From: Sedimentisphaerales bacterium
GTDB taxonomy: Bacteria; Planctomycetota; Phycisphaerae; Sedimentisphaerales; Anaerobacaceae
Length of the DNA stretch: 64,000 nt
NCBI GenBank assembly: GCA_040772485.1
Contig: JAXGYC010000007.1
Coordinates: 928,001-992,000 of the forward strand
Reading direction: 5' to 3'
In this document: piece after piece, positions 53,497 through 64,000 of the stretch
How positions within the stretch are numbered: position 1 is the stretch's first letter
Layout: every line of letters starts with the position of its first letter
Notes under the pieces: model-generated
Seen by the model: only the letters and a program-made list of their open reading frames with translations
What the model was told of the DNA's origin: nothing
The model's database searches: none
Translations under genes and position numbers: made by a program

Positions 53497-56397
53497 TCAG
53501 AACGGCTTGTGGACCGGGGACCTTCTGCCGGCCAGCCAGGCCATTTCGCCGGCCGACAGCGCCTCACTGTAGATCCGCACGTCGTCAACGGAACCGGTCC
53601 AGAACTCGATCTGGTCGCTAACCTGCCGGCCGATATGGGCGCGACTCGGGACCAGGTTCCAGTTCTTGGCCGCCGAAGCGACCTCGACGCCGTCAGCGTA
53701 CAATCTCGCCGTCGCGCCGTCGTAGGTCAGTCCGACGTGATGCCACTCGTCCGTATCCCAGAAACCGGGGCTCATCACATCGTCGCCGTGGCCTCCGCCG
53801 TAGAGATCGGCGCCGTTGAGGCCGATGAACATCGCCTGGCTCGTCGCCCCGGTACCGTAGGCGGCGATCCATCGCCAGCCGACGGCGATGGAACCGGTCT
53901 TACCCCACCCGGTCATGCAACGCGGCTCCAGGCCGGAAGGCCAGCCCGCCGGAGTGCCGAAATCGACATAGTCCTCGTCGCCGCCCAGCAGAAGGGCCTG
54001 GCCCTCCACGCCGGCAACGTAGCTCGGTGCTCCGATGATGGTCCCGTTGTAACCATGTCCCGAACTGTCGTTGACATTGCCGTCCAGGGCATAGCGAGCC
54101 ACCAGGCTCGCACCGTCAGGCTCAACGGGTGTGATGCGCTCGGCTGCCTGCGGGTACAGCCGGATGTCATCAATGAGCGCAAGTCCGGTCGCGCCGGCGC
54201 CATCGACACCGACCGCCAATTCCGCAACGCTGCGCAGATTACCGCCAACCGTGGAAAGATCGATATTCCAGACCTGCCATGTCGCGCGGCCGATATCGGT
54301 CGCATCGCCATCGTAGACGACTTTCGTGTCGCCGATTCTCAGGTAGAGCTGGCCCGTGTTGCCCGCTCTGCCTCGGAAGTACAGGGACAGGCTCTTGACG
54401 CCATACGCCGTCCAGTCCTGGGGAGAGTCGAACGTCCGCACCGCCTCCGAGTAGTTGGGCGAGGTCGTGTTGTCATATCCGAGAGGCATCGACTGCCGAC
54501 CGCCATGAACGAGCGTTTGTTCGGCGAACGGCATATCGATGTATCCCACGAGCGAGCCGGTGCCATTTTCCCACCCGTCGATCCAGGCCTGGAAGATGGC
54601 TCTTCCGGCGTCCACGTCGTCCGTGTAACTCTCCATGTCATCGACGACAACGTACGGACGGACGACGAAATTCCAGATGTCCCCCGTCCACGTGGTCACG
54701 GCGTCCGTCTCGTTGACTTCATCGACCCGCCAGTAATACGTACCGCCCAACGCGAGTGCCTGCGGCGCATGCGCTGGCGATGAGGTGGAATCGACCAGGC
54801 CCAGAGACTGCGGATCGGACCCCAGATACACCTCGTGCGAGACCGCCTCCCGGCCCGCGCGCCAGGTGAGGACCACGTCGGGGTTCACATCGATCGTCCC
54901 ATCGGCCGGCTGCGGTTCGCGCGCATGCGCGGGAACGAACAGGAAGCGGACTTCACTGAGTCCGAACTGGCCCATCATCCCGTAGCCGCTGTTGACCGTC
55001 AGGCGGACGTACCTGGCGGCGACGCCATCGAACGGCACGACGGTGTTGGCAACATAGGTCGCCTTGGCCGTCGCCTTGGCAAAATCGAAATCGCCGAGGA
55101 GCGTCCACCCGGCCCCGTCCTGGGAGTACTCCACCGTGACATTCTTGAGCCCAAAGCCGAGGATCAGCTCGAATTGGACGTTGTAATTCCAGACGAGCAT
55201 CTCACTGAGCTTGTAGACGCGGCCGAACTCGTACTGAATCCACAACGGCTCGGCGCCGGGCGAGGCGAGCCACATGTCCGGCGCGTCGGTGGAGTGCTGG
55301 TCGTTGGCGTTCAAGCCCGAGCCGTTGACGGTATTCTCCGGACCGGCAGCCGCCTCCGAGACGCCATTGCTGGTCGCAACCACGTTCGGGACTGCATAGG
55401 CAAACGGCTCGGCTGTAAAACTCCAGACGGCGCCTTTGAAGATGGTGTTGTCCGGGGCCGCGTTGACTTCATCGATGCGCCAGTAGTAGGTCTGCGCGAA
55501 TTCCAGCAGGCCGGGCGGATCGTAAGCCGCGGCGCTCTGGCCCTGACTGACCAACACGCCCATAGGATTGGCTCGGCTGGCATCATTGACGTCGTCAAAC
55601 GACGCGCCGAAATAGACATCATGTGTGGCGGCATATTCGCCGGCCGTCCAGGCCAGAATCACGTCATAGGGCACGTCAGTTGCTTCGTCATCGGGAATCG
55701 GATTCGAGGCCAGTTCCGCAGGCGACAGACTCTCCATGGAAGCCACAACCTCCGCATCATCAAGCGCATGATTGTAGATGCGGATTTCGTTGAGGCGGAC
55801 CGGTGCAAACTCGGTCACGCCCAGGGCGGCGCCAAAGACGAGATCGGCGGTGTTGTCCGCCGCCGCCGATGTCGTGGCTTCGTTGTCGAGCTGACCGTTC
55901 AGGTAGATTTTCTTCGACCCATTGTCATAGACCATCGCCGCGTGGGTCCATTCGCCGGCCACGATTGTGCTTCCGATCTGATTGGCCGGCTGGTGTCCAA
56001 ATACCCACGCATTGCTCCCGTCGACCCAAATGCCGTACCAGTTTGCAGTCTCCCGTCCCTTGGTCACCACGCCGGACCAATGTCCCGGCCGAGTGGTGAA
56101 ATGGACCCATGCCGTCAGCGCGTAAGCGTCTGCGGCGCCGAATCGCAAGTCCTCCGCGTCGGGGACCCGTACAAGGTCGTTGACGCCATCGAACTCCAGG
56201 CATGTCCCCTTTCCATTCCAGCCGGGACTGGTCCACGTGGCACCCTCGATTGTGCCGGTGTGGCCATTGCCGGTCTGGTCGATCACCTGGGTGCCGCTTC
56301 CCTCGTTCAGGGGCCAGTACCCGACCAGATCCCCAACCCCCGGCTGCGCAGCGCACAGCAGGATCAGACAGACGAAGACAATCAGTTTCCCTCGCAT
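53497..56397 (-). CDS. Secreted LamG + Fn3-like + discoidin + CBM-like + LamG protein
   Basis: GAGGAGG SD, signal peptide, LVGYWPLNEGSG LamG, HDVYFG...YYWRIDEVN repeats, WIQYEFGRVYKL discoidin, VVDDMESY...QDWT domain. Confidence 0.85.
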   Translation of the reverse strand: MRGKLIVFVCLILLCAAQPGVGDLVGYWPLNEGSGTQVIDQTGNGHTGTIEGATWTSPGWNGKGTCLEFDGVNDLVRVPDAEDLRFGAADAYALTAWVHFTTRPGHWSGVVTKGRETANWYGIWVDGSNAWVFGHQPANQIGSTIVAGEWTHAAMVYDNGSKKIYLNGQLDNEATTSAAADNTADLVFGAALGVTEFAPVRLNEIRIYNHALDDAEVVASMESLSPAELASNPIPDDEATDVPYDVILAWTAGEYAATHDVYFGASFDDVNDASRANPMGVLVSQGQSAAAYDPPGLLEFAQTYYWRIDEVNAAPDNTIFKGAVWSFTAEPFAYAVPNVVATSNGVSEAAAGPENTVNGSGLNANDQHSTDAPDMWLASPGAEPLWIQYEFGRVYKLSEMLVWNYNVQFELILGFGLKNVTVEYSQDGAGWTLLGDFDFAKATAKATYVANTVVPFDGVAARYVRLTVNSGYGMMGQFGLSEVRFLFVPAHAREPQPADGTIDVNPDVVLTWRAGREAVSHEVYLGSDPQSLGLVDSTSSPAHAPQALALGGTYYWRVDEVNETDAVTTWTGDIWNFVVRPYVVVDDMESYTDDVDAGRAIFQAWIDGWENGTGSLVGYIDMPFAEQTLVHGGRQSMPLGYDNTTSPNYSEAVRTFDSPQDWTAYGVKSLSLYFRGRAGNTGQLYLRIGDTKVVYDGDATDIGRATWQVWNIDLSTVGGNLRSVAELAVGVDGAGATGLALIDDIRLYPQAAERITPVEPDGASLVARYALDGNVNDSSGHGYNGTIIGAPSYVAGVEGQALLLGGDEDYVDFGTPAGWPSGLEPRCMTGWGKTGSIAVGWRWIAAYGTGATSQAMFIGLNGADLYGGGHGDDVMSPGFWDTDEWHHVGLTYDGATARLYADGVEVASAAKNWNLVPSRAHIGRQVSDQIEFWTGSVDDVRIYSEALSAGEMAWLAGRRSPVHKPF

Positions 56398-56507
56398 GGC
56401 GAACCTCCTCAATGACAGGTGGCACTGACGACAACTTCACCCCGGCGACACGCCGGGGCGCTCAGCACGGCGCCGTCGCACGACAGAGCCGACACATACC
56501 TGCTTCC

Positions 56508-57296
56508 TCACAGAGCGGCGTAGTCTTTGAAACTCGTCATCCACTCCGGCCAGACGGGCGTACCGCGGGTTGCCCGCTCCTGGGCCCATTGTCTGTGCCA
56601 GTACACCTCCCACAGCTCCTTCAGGCCGATGGGCCGGACGGAGGTGTCCATGAACACGCCGTTCACGAATCCGTGGTGCCGATTGATGCAGAAGCTCCGC
56701 ATGGCGTTGGTGTACCAGTCCCAGTGACACTGACCGTCGAATTCCGGCGGCTCGTTGGCCGCCAGGGGCAGGCCGTCTACCCACTGGCAGTCCACGAAGA
56801 CCGGCACCCGGTAGCCTCCTTTGATGCGCACCGTACGCCAGTTCCTTTCGGTGTGGACATCGCCCGTGTCGTTGGCGACCCAGGCGTTGAGACCAAAACT
56901 TCCATAGTCTCCCTTGACTGCATAGTCCGGCACACTCGGCAGCGTGCCTTCGCCATAGACACCCCACCCGACAAAGGGACCCGTCACGCCGTCGCTGAAG
57001 AACTTGGTCGTCGCCGGACACGCCCGAATCTTCGGCTCGCGGCTGTAGTAGGGACGCATTGCGGGAACCCAGCTATGGCGCGGATCGCTCCCGGCTTCAT
57101 GGTGGAATTTGCCGTCGTTGTCGTCGGTGTACAGCGTGAACGTGTAGCCCATCTGCTTGAGATTGGACTGGCAGGCAACCCCCCGAGCCTGGCTGCGGAC
57201 CCGCTGCAACGCCGGCATCAGAATCGACATCAGCAACGCAATGATCGCGATCACCACCAGCAACTCGATCAGCGTGAATGCCTTCCGCTCGCCCAT
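56508..57296 (-). CDS. Prepilin-type N-terminal cleavage/methylation protein (DUF1559/H-X9-DG-like)
   Basis: [25 protein letters not shown]...CQSNLKQ; C-terminal [15 protein letters not shown]. Confidence 0.92.
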   Translation of the reverse strand: MGERKAFTLIELLVVIAIIALLMSILMPALQRVRSQARGVACQSNLKQMGYTFTLYTDDNDGKFHHEAGSDPRHSWVPAMRPYYSREPKIRACPATTKFFSDGVTGPFVGWGVYGEGTLPSVPDYAVKGDYGSFGLNAWVANDTGDVHTERNWRTVRIKGGYRVPVFVDCQWVDGLPLAANEPPEFDGQCHWDWYTNAMRSFCINRHHGFVNGVFMDTSVRPIGLKELWEVYWHRQWAQERATRGTPVWPEWMTSFKDYAAL

Positions 57297-57361
57297 CGTT
57301 CCGCCCTTTCACATGGCTCCGGTCCCATGCCGGCGCTATCGGCAAACCATCGAAGCGCCTT

Positions 57362-57433
57362 CAAACGTTTGTGGCAAAGACCGCAAACGTTTGCGATGGC
57401 CTTAATGCTACCTCGCCGCGCCGCCCCCGTCAA
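57362..57433 (-). promoter_or_regulatory. Promoter TTGACG-N17-TAGCAT with two LacI-family operators
   Basis: Perfect palindromes CGCAAACGTTTGCG (57382-57395) and CAAACGTTTG (57362-57371) just downstream of the -10 (57405-57410); LacI gene adjacent. Confidence 0.8.
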
Positions 57434-57495
57434 TATATTTCCAGGGGTCCTTTGACAACATTCTGGGACGAAGAGCGCGCTCGTTCGGGCCTGAA

Positions 57496-58527
57496 CTACG
57501 GCGTGATTCGCCGGACGGAGGCCCGTTCAATCAGCCGCGTGGGCAAAACGATGCCCTCGCCGGAGAAACGCCCCCGCGACTGAATCTGCTCGAACAGCAG
57601 CCGCACCGCAATCTGTCCCATCCGTTCGTTGTCCTGGTCGACCGTCGTCATCGGCGCGTTGAGGTATGCGCAGTAGGGCTGATCGTCGAAGCAGATCACC
57701 GAGATGTCGCCGGGCACGCTAAGACCCTCCTCGGCAAGAGCTCGCAGAACGCCCAAGGTGATCAGGTTGCTCAGCGCGAGAATGGCGGTGATGCCCTTCT
57801 TCTTTCCGAGCAGGAGCTTCGTATGAACGTAGCCGTTCTCCTGCCCGAAGCTGCTCCCGGCTACCAGCGCATCATCTGGCTCGATGCCGTGGTCCTTCAG
57901 GGCCGTCCGGTATCCCCGCACCCGCTCCCGGTTGGGCGAGGTTCCGGCCAGCCCCTGGACACAAGCGATCGTCCGGTGCCCGCGATCGATCAGATGGCTC
58001 GTGGCCTCCATCGCGCCGCGATAGTTGTCCGACACGACATAGGGCAGCTTCAGATTCGGGAAGTAGCGGTCGATCACCACAAGCGGCAGGCTGCCATCCT
58101 GAAGCTCTTCGAGGTGCGCCGCCGACTGCCCGACCGGAGCGATCACGAGGCCGTCCACCTTGCGATCGCGCAGAAGCGCCAACGACTCGACTTCCAGTTG
58201 CGTGCTCTCCTGGCTGTCACAGAGAAAGACCGAGTAGCCCTCGCGACGTGCGGCCATCTCGACATTCCTGGCGATCTCGGCAAAATATGGGTTCGAAATA
58301 TCCGGAATGAGCAGCCCGATGCTCAGGGTCCGATTCAGGCGCAGCCCACGGGCCAGCGGGTCCGGGGAGAAATGCATCTCCTTGGCGGCCCGCAGGACCG
58401 CCTCTTCCGTCTTCTTGCTGATGCCATAGGCTTCGGCCTTGCCGTTGAGGGCGCGCGAGACCGTCGTAACGGAAATCCCCAACTGTTTTGCGATCGCCTT
58501 GAGCGTCGGCCTTGAGCTCTGTTTCAT
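57496..58527 (-). CDS. LacI family transcriptional regulator
   Basis: TLKAIAKQLGISVTTVSRALNG, ARGLR, IPDISNPYF, VPGDISVICFDD, TTVDQ. Confidence 0.95.
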   Translation of the reverse strand: MKQSSRPTLKAIAKQLGISVTTVSRALNGKAEAYGISKKTEEAVLRAAKEMHFSPDPLARGLRLNRTLSIGLLIPDISNPYFAEIARNVEMAARREGYSVFLCDSQESTQLEVESLALLRDRKVDGLVIAPVGQSAAHLEELQDGSLPLVVIDRYFPNLKLPYVVSDNYRGAMEATSHLIDRGHRTIACVQGLAGTSPNRERVRGYRTALKDHGIEPDDALVAGSSFGQENGYVHTKLLLGKKKGITAILALSNLITLGVLRALAEEGLSVPGDISVICFDDQPYCAYLNAPMTTVDQDNERMGQIAVRLLFEQIQSRGRFSGEGIVLPTRLIERASVRRITP

Positions 58528-58657
58528 GTGCCGATCCCAAACAGGACACTGCATCTACCGCGGCGGTTTGAACAGACGTTCATTTTACCAAACATCGACC
58601 GACGGCATCAAGAACCTGTGGAGACAGAGGCCGCGCGGCAACGGCTTTCACCCAAGA

Positions 58658-60685
58658 TCACTGCTCTCCGGACGGCAGCAGATTGTGGTCCTCGCCACCG
58701 ATCAGGTGAGGCAGGCCTTCCTCCAGTTCCATCTGCTCGGTCAGCTCGCGGGACAGTTCGGTCAGGAAGCGGCTGGGTTTCATCATGACCAGGTTTCCGC
58801 CGCGATTGCGGTAGACCTCAGGGACAACGAGGTACAGCTCGTCCCGCGCCCTCGTTACGGCGACGTGGAAGACCCGCCGCTCCTCCTCCAACTCCTCCTT
58901 GCGGTTCATCGCCATATCCGATGGAAACCGCCCGTCCGAAAGCCAGGGGATGAACACGATGGGCCATTCGAGCCCCTTGGCCTGATGTACGGTGCTGAGG
59001 ATCACAAACTCCTGCTCGTCCGGTCCGGCTACCACGTTCTCGCCGGAGAACTCCCCCGCCAGCGCCACGTCTGCCAGAAACGCCTCGACGCTCTTGTATT
59101 GCGACGCGAAATTCGCCAGCCCGTTAATGTCTTCTTTCCGCAGCGAGGCCCCGTCGTAGTGTGAAACGAGGTAATCCTCATAGGACCGTTTGAACACCAG
59201 GTCGATGATCTCCGCGGGCGAGTCGATCTCGCTGGCCTCCTTGATCAAAGCCGCGAAATCCTCGTAGAACGGCCGCGCGCTGGCAGGCAGAAGGCTGGCC
59301 GTCTCGACCGTGAAGACCTCCTTGACCGGATCGGCCGAGTCGCTGATATGCCGCCAGACCCGGCGCGACAGGGCGCTGCCCACGCGCGGCAGCATCTTGA
59401 GCAGCCGCAGCCAGGCCAGCTCATCGGTGGGGTTCTGCATGACGCGCAGGTAGCAGAGGATGTCCTTCATGTGGGCCTGCTCGAAGAAACGCAGGCCGCC
59501 ACGGATGTGGAACGGGATGTTGCGCCGCTGGAACTCGAGCTGGATCTCCAGCGAATGCCAATGGCTGCGGTACAGCACCGCGATGTCGTTCAGCGTGCGC
59601 CCCTCATCGAGCAGGTGCAGCACGTACTCGGCGATGAACCGCGACTGCGTGTAGTGATCGTGACATGGCACGATGGCCGGCTTGAGGCCCGAGGACCGGA
59701 TCGCCTGGAGGTTCTTCGGCAGGCGACGCACGTTGTGTGCGATGCTCGCGTTGGCCAGCGTCAAAATCTCCGGCACCGAGCGGTAATTCGTTTCGAGCTT
59801 GTATTCGCGGGCGTCGGGATAGCGGTCCTTGAACGTGATGATGTTGTCGAAGTTGGCCCCGCGAAAGCTGTAGATCGATTGCGAATCGTCTCCGACCACC
59901 GTCAGGTTGCGATGCCTGGAAGCCAGCAGGTCAATGATCGCACCCTGAATCCTGTTGGTGTCCTGGTACTCGTCGACGAGGATGTGCAGAAACTGGCCGG
60001 CGAGTTGTTCGTGTACCTCCTTGTGCTCGGCCATCAGCCGCAGCCAGGCGCTGAGCAGATCGTCGAAGTCCAGCAACTGTCGCTGACGCTTCTTCTCCGT
60101 GTACAGCGAGAGCACTTTCTCGATGCCGGAAACCTCCTCGACGAACATGGGATAGCGTTTGCTGAGCACCTCGTCGAGCGGTTCGAGCGTGTTCTGGAGA
60201 AACGACGAGATCGCCGCCAGCACTGCCTTCTGCGGAAAGCGACGCTGATGGATGTCGATGCCGGCCTCTTCCACGCACGAGGCCAGCAGGTCGCGGGCGT
60301 CCTCGCGGTCGAGGATCGTGAAATCGGATGAAATCCCCAGCCGCTGGCCATGGATGCGCAGGATGCGATTGGCGATGTGGTGGAAGGTGCCGCCCCAAAT
60401 CTCGCGGGTCTTCTGCTTGACGAGCACCTCAACCCGGCTGAGCATCTCGCGGGCCGCCCGGTTCGTGAAGGTCACCAGCAGGATACGGGATGGGTCGATT
60501 CCATGGTGCACCAGCCAGGCCAGCCGGTAGGTCAGGGCGCGGGTCTTGCCGCTGCCGGCGCCGGCCACCACGAGCATGGGTCCGCCCGGCGCGGTCGCCA
60601 CCGCCAGTTGCTCGCGGTTCAGGTCGGCGGAGAAATCGATATCTCCGGCCGCCGTGCGGGATTGCAGTGTGAACTTCCTGGCCAT
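58658..60685 (-). CDS. UvrD/Rep/PcrA-family (SF1A) ATP-dependent DNA helicase
   Basis: AGAGSGKT, TFTNRAA, VDEYQDTN, VGDDSQSIYSFRGA, NYRS, TVHQAKGLEW, EERR..VAVTRA. Confidence 0.95.
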   Translation of the reverse strand: MARKFTLQSRTAAGDIDFSADLNREQLAVATAPGGPMLVVAGAGSGKTRALTYRLAWLVHHGIDPSRILLVTFTNRAAREMLSRVEVLVKQKTREIWGGTFHHIANRILRIHGQRLGISSDFTILDREDARDLLASCVEEAGIDIHQRRFPQKAVLAAISSFLQNTLEPLDEVLSKRYPMFVEEVSGIEKVLSLYTEKKRQRQLLDFDDLLSAWLRLMAEHKEVHEQLAGQFLHILVDEYQDTNRIQGAIIDLLASRHRNLTVVGDDSQSIYSFRGANFDNIITFKDRYPDAREYKLETNYRSVPEILTLANASIAHNVRRLPKNLQAIRSSGLKPAIVPCHDHYTQSRFIAEYVLHLLDEGRTLNDIAVLYRSHWHSLEIQLEFQRRNIPFHIRGGLRFFEQAHMKDILCYLRVMQNPTDELAWLRLLKMLPRVGSALSRRVWRHISDSADPVKEVFTVETASLLPASARPFYEDFAALIKEASEIDSPAEIIDLVFKRSYEDYLVSHYDGASLRKEDINGLANFASQYKSVEAFLADVALAGEFSGENVVAGPDEQEFVILSTVHQAKGLEWPIVFIPWLSDGRFPSDMAMNRKEELEEERRVFHVAVTRARDELYLVVPEVYRNRGGNLVMMKPSRFLTELSRELTEQMELEEGLPHLIGGEDHNLLPSGEQ

Positions 60686-60850
60686 CCTTCTCCGAGTATC
60701 TTATCCATACCGTTTGTTTCTTTTCGAGGGACTAGAGGCCAGTTTACCAGAAAACCATGGGGCTGTCATTTTCGATTCGCCGGCGCGCGACCGAAATGGA
60801 GATCCGCCTTGACAGCAGAGGCAAATGGGGGATGGCTTTCCCACGACGGG

Positions 60851-61315
60851 TCAAAGCGATGCTCGTGCCGGGCCGCTGCACAACCGATCGATGTCGCGCG
60901 CAACAATCTCGGCCACGAGCTGCTCCAACTGAATCGCGTCCTGGGCCGACGGCTCGACGGCGCGCTGGGGCCCCAGAGCCCGGACCGATGCCGGCCCAGT
61001 CTCACTCGGCGCGCCGCGCGCGTTTCCCGGCGCTCTTCGTTTGCGAGCGGTCATCCGGCGCTGCTCCGCCAGAATCTTCTCCCCCAGATCGAGTGTGGGG
61101 ATATGCCTGGCAGCCTCTTCGTACCGGCTCGGTGGGTCCGGCTCCCTCGGCGCTGCCGCTCGCGGCACAGGGCGCGTCCAGGGTTGAATCTTGGGCCTGG
61201 CCGGCTCGCCGTCGGGCTTGCCGTTGGCGCCGTCCTCTCCGAACGGTGGAATCACATCCATCGCCCGAAGCACTCTCTCCATGTTGCTTCTCATCTTCTT
61301 GCCGGTTTCACTCAC
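60851..61315 (-). CDS. Hypothetical protein
   Basis: GAGGAGG SD then GTG; structured-looking blocks DVIPPF, IPTLDLGEKILAEQR and LVAEIVARDI. Co-oriented between the M16 pair and the helicase. Confidence 0.65.
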   Translation of the reverse strand: MSETGKKMRSNMERVLRAMDVIPPFGEDGANGKPDGEPARPKIQPWTRPVPRAAAPREPDPPSRYEEAARHIPTLDLGEKILAEQRRMTARKRRAPGNARGAPSETGPASVRALGPQRAVEPSAQDAIQLEQLVAEIVARDIDRLCSGPARASL

Positions 61316-61404
61316 GTTTCGAACAACCTCCTCGCAGGAGCCACGGTAGCAGAACCGCCGCCACCGATCAAGTCTGTTGCCTTGTTCAACGCCCTGGGCC
61401 GCGG

Positions 61405-62631
61405 CTATCCCTGAGACACCGGCCCCAGCGAGTACTGGGTGAACCGGCTCAGGTCCAGTTCGCGAATCAACGAGTTCACCTCCTTCACGGTAACCGCCTT
61501 GGTGGCCTCCACATCTTCCTCCACGGAGCGATACTGCCCCAGGTACATCCAGTTGAAGCCCAGATCGACCAGGCGACCCATCGGCAACTCGTTCTTGATC
61601 ACCAGCGCGCTGAGCACCTTGTTGCGGGCCTTGGTCAGTTCCTCTTCCGAGACCCCGTCTCGGAGCAAATCCTGGAAGATTCCTTTGACGATTTCCATGA
61701 CACGAGGGGCGCCGGCGCTGCTGCACCGCAGGTAGTTGTAAAGAATCCCGGTCCCGTCGAGAGGTCCGAAGTGCATCGAGGCCGCCTCGGCGATCGCTTT
61801 GTCGACGAGGTCCCAGTAGAAGCGGGAGCCGAAGTCGTCGCCGACGATCAGCGTCAGCAGAGACGCCGCAAACCGCCTGGGGTCCTGGGCCGAAACACCG
61901 GCATGAACGAGACAGATGTGCTCACGATTCAGGTTGGACTTGCCCAGCCGCTCGGTCGCTCGGGTGCCCTCGAAATCGGTCAGCAGGCGATCCACGGGCT
62001 GAGGCTGCCAGCTTTCGCACCGCCTCTGGACCGTCGCGCAGAACCGGTCCCAGCCGAAGTTCCCGCTGCAAGCCACGATGATGTTGTTGGGCGCGTAGCG
62101 TTTCGCGAAATACTCCCGCATCTGCGCGGCGGTCATGCCGTCGATGCTGGCGGCCGTCCCAAGCACGCTGTTGCCGCACGGGTGGGTCCCGTAGTGCAAG
62201 GTCCGGCATCGATCCACCACGTCGAACGTCGGCGTGTCCTCGTACATCGCGATCTCTTCCTTGATCACGTTCTTTTCCATCGCGAAGTCGTCGTCGCGCA
62301 GCGCCGGACGCATCAGTCCCGCCCACAACTCCGTGATGTCCTCCAGATACTCCGGCAGCACGGACGCGTAGTACACCGTGTTCTCTTCGCTGGTGAACGC
62401 GTTGAACTGTGCGCCGCGTCGGTCGAAGGCCTCGTTGACCTCCAGCGCGCTGAGCGAGTCCGTGCCCTTGAACAACATGTGTTCCAGGAAGTGCGAGACG
62501 CCGTTGATCTCCGGCGTCTCATCGCGCGACCCCGTCCGGACGAAGAACCCGACCGCCGCCGACTTCGCCGACGGATTGACCTCCCCGATCAGCACCAGAC
62601 CGTTCGATAACTTCTTCTGCTCAAATCGCAT
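61405..62631 (-). CDS. M16 (pitrilysin) family zinc peptidase, catalytic subunit
   Basis: GSRDE...GVSHFLEHMLFKG (HxxEH), NAFTS.E.T.Y, EKNVIKEEI. Confidence 0.93.
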   Translation of the reverse strand: MRFEQKKLSNGLVLIGEVNPSAKSAAVGFFVRTGSRDETPEINGVSHFLEHMLFKGTDSLSALEVNEAFDRRGAQFNAFTSEENTVYYASVLPEYLEDITELWAGLMRPALRDDDFAMEKNVIKEEIAMYEDTPTFDVVDRCRTLHYGTHPCGNSVLGTAASIDGMTAAQMREYFAKRYAPNNIIVACSGNFGWDRFCATVQRRCESWQPQPVDRLLTDFEGTRATERLGKSNLNREHICLVHAGVSAQDPRRFAASLLTLIVGDDFGSRFYWDLVDKAIAEAASMHFGPLDGTGILYNYLRCSSAGAPRVMEIVKGIFQDLLRDGVSEEELTKARNKVLSALVIKNELPMGRLVDLGFNWMYLGQYRSVEEDVEATKAVTVKEVNSLIRELDLSRFTQYSLGPVSQG

Positions 62632-62635
62632 AGGC

Positions 62636-63868
62636 TTACTCGACGCGAACCTCCCGCGGGCCGATGGTCACAATGGTGAAGTCGTTGAAGGGTTTCCGCC
62701 TCAAGCACTCCAAAATCGAGTCGACCGTGGTCGCTTCGATTCGTTCCTTGATCTCGTCCAGGCTCCGGACGCGCCCCAGCATGTAGTAGTCGCTGCCGAT
62801 CGCGCCGGCGCGGCTCCCGGATGACTCGCTCTGCATGATCAGCGCGCTCTTGAGTCCGACCTTGGCCCGTTCCAGTTCCTCCTGGCCGATGCCATCGGCC
62901 AGGCGTTGGAACTCGGCGATCACAACGTCGAGAGTCTCCTGCGCCTTGTCGGGGGTCGTGCCGGCGTAGCACATGATGCCGGCAGCGTCCTTGAGACTGT
63001 GGTAGCGCGCCGCAATGGCGTAGCAGAGCCCGCGTTTCTCCCGAACCTCCGTGAACAGCCTGGCGCTCATGCCGCCGGACAGGACCGACGCCGCCACGCG
63101 AATGTTGTAGTAGTCCGCGTCGGTGAACGGGACCGCCTCCGTCATAACACCGATGTGGACCTGCGAGCCCTCGTTCGCAATATGCGTGTACTTGCCCGCA
63201 CGGGCGCCCATCGCAACGGACTGTGAATCGAGGCGTTCGCAGCCGCCGAACAGACTCTCCATCTGTTTGCAGACCGCGTCAAAATCGTACTTGCCTGCCA
63301 CTGCAAAGATCGACCGACCGATGTCGAATCGCGTCCTTACGATCGTTCGCGTTTGCTCGGCGGTCAGACGTTCCAGCTCCTCGATCTCCCCGACCGTGCT
63401 GCGTCCCAGCGGCGTCGGATAGAACCTCTTTCGCAGCTCCAGCATCACCTTCTGGCGGGGCTCGTCGTCCAGCGCCAGAACCTCTTCGATGGCCAACTGC
63501 CTGGCCGGCGTGAACTCCGCATCGCTCAGATGAGGCCGACAGATCGCGTCGGCGTGCAACGCCAGCGCCTCGGCCAGATTGCTCGATTCCAGGGCCGCCC
63601 CGACGGACAGATGCGAACTGCCGATCGAGTCGGACCGCTGCAGGCCCAGCCCGTCGAGCGCATCACCCAGTTGGCGGTTGTCCCGGTCGCCCGCCCCTCG
63701 GAAAACCCAGTCGGAGATGACGTTGGCGACGCCGCAGGCGCCCTCCGGCATCGCGGCGGCGCCCGCCGGCAGCATGAACTCGAACGCCACCGACTCGACC
63801 CCGCCCATGGGTTCGCCCAACAGCACCATGCCGTTGTTCAATACGTGTCTGTCCGTCTTCTGCTCCAT
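62636..63868 (-). CDS. M16 family peptidase, non-catalytic partner subunit
   Basis: Lacks HxxEH but has SGGMSARLFTEVREKRGLCY (R/Y pair); tandem with the catalytic subunit as in M16B heterodimers. Confidence 0.88.
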   Translation of the reverse strand: MEQKTDRHVLNNGMVLLGEPMGGVESVAFEFMLPAGAAAMPEGACGVANVISDWVFRGAGDRDNRQLGDALDGLGLQRSDSIGSSHLSVGAALESSNLAEALALHADAICRPHLSDAEFTPARQLAIEEVLALDDEPRQKVMLELRKRFYPTPLGRSTVGEIEELERLTAEQTRTIVRTRFDIGRSIFAVAGKYDFDAVCKQMESLFGGCERLDSQSVAMGARAGKYTHIANEGSQVHIGVMTEAVPFTDADYYNIRVAASVLSGGMSARLFTEVREKRGLCYAIAARYHSLKDAAGIMCYAGTTPDKAQETLDVVIAEFQRLADGIGQEELERAKVGLKSALIMQSESSGSRAGAIGSDYYMLGRVRSLDEIKERIEATTVDSILECLRRKPFNDFTIVTIGPREVRVE

Positions 63869-64000
63869 GCACGATCCTTAAGCGTTCGAAAAAGAACGCG
63901 GATTCTATCACCCCGCCGTGGCCCCTTCAATACGATCCGGCGGCGTGATCGGACCGCCCCCTCCGGAATCGCAAATGACTTGAGGCTCCCCCGACAACGG

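Overview
GC-rich bacterial chromosomal segment. Gene content points to Planctomycetota, class Phycisphaerae (Sedimentisphaerales-like): secreted LamG/PA14/discoidin mosaics, a prepilin H-X9-DG-type gene, lamin-tail/CotH protein and VPAPG-type PEP-CTERM tails. Left to right: partial DUF72 gene; internally deleted IS1380 remnant; GNAT-like gene; DUF2905; polX; DUF6057 + TolB-like pair; three tandem mosaic secreted-protein paralogues with long conserved 5' leaders; acyl-CoA ligase; a sugar/sugar-acid cluster (Gfo/Idh/MocA, TIM-barrel isomerase, PqaA, GH172, Nramp-like, GntP, Zn-dehydrogenase, SDR); an ECF sigma / dockerin-bearing anti-sigma / cohesin-like / VIT-vWA operon; PEP-CTERM and CotH genes; tRNA-Ser(GCT) and tRNA-Arg(ACG) with candidate sRNAs nearby; phosphatases; a PQQ-propeller / FMN-binding / polyferredoxin / Tat-nitrilase operon; lexA with an overlapping upstream ORF; a LacI-controlled prepilin + LamG unit; a UvrD-family helicase; and an M16 peptidase pair. 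Best novelty candidates: (1) the ECF-dockerin-cohesin-vWA signalling module, (2) the ORF overlapping lexA that carries two beta-clamp-like QxxLF motifs, (3) unannotated structured RNAs (conserved leaders, tandem sRNAs, an SRP-helix-8-like element). All calls come from motif recognition by eye; no database search or folding program was run.
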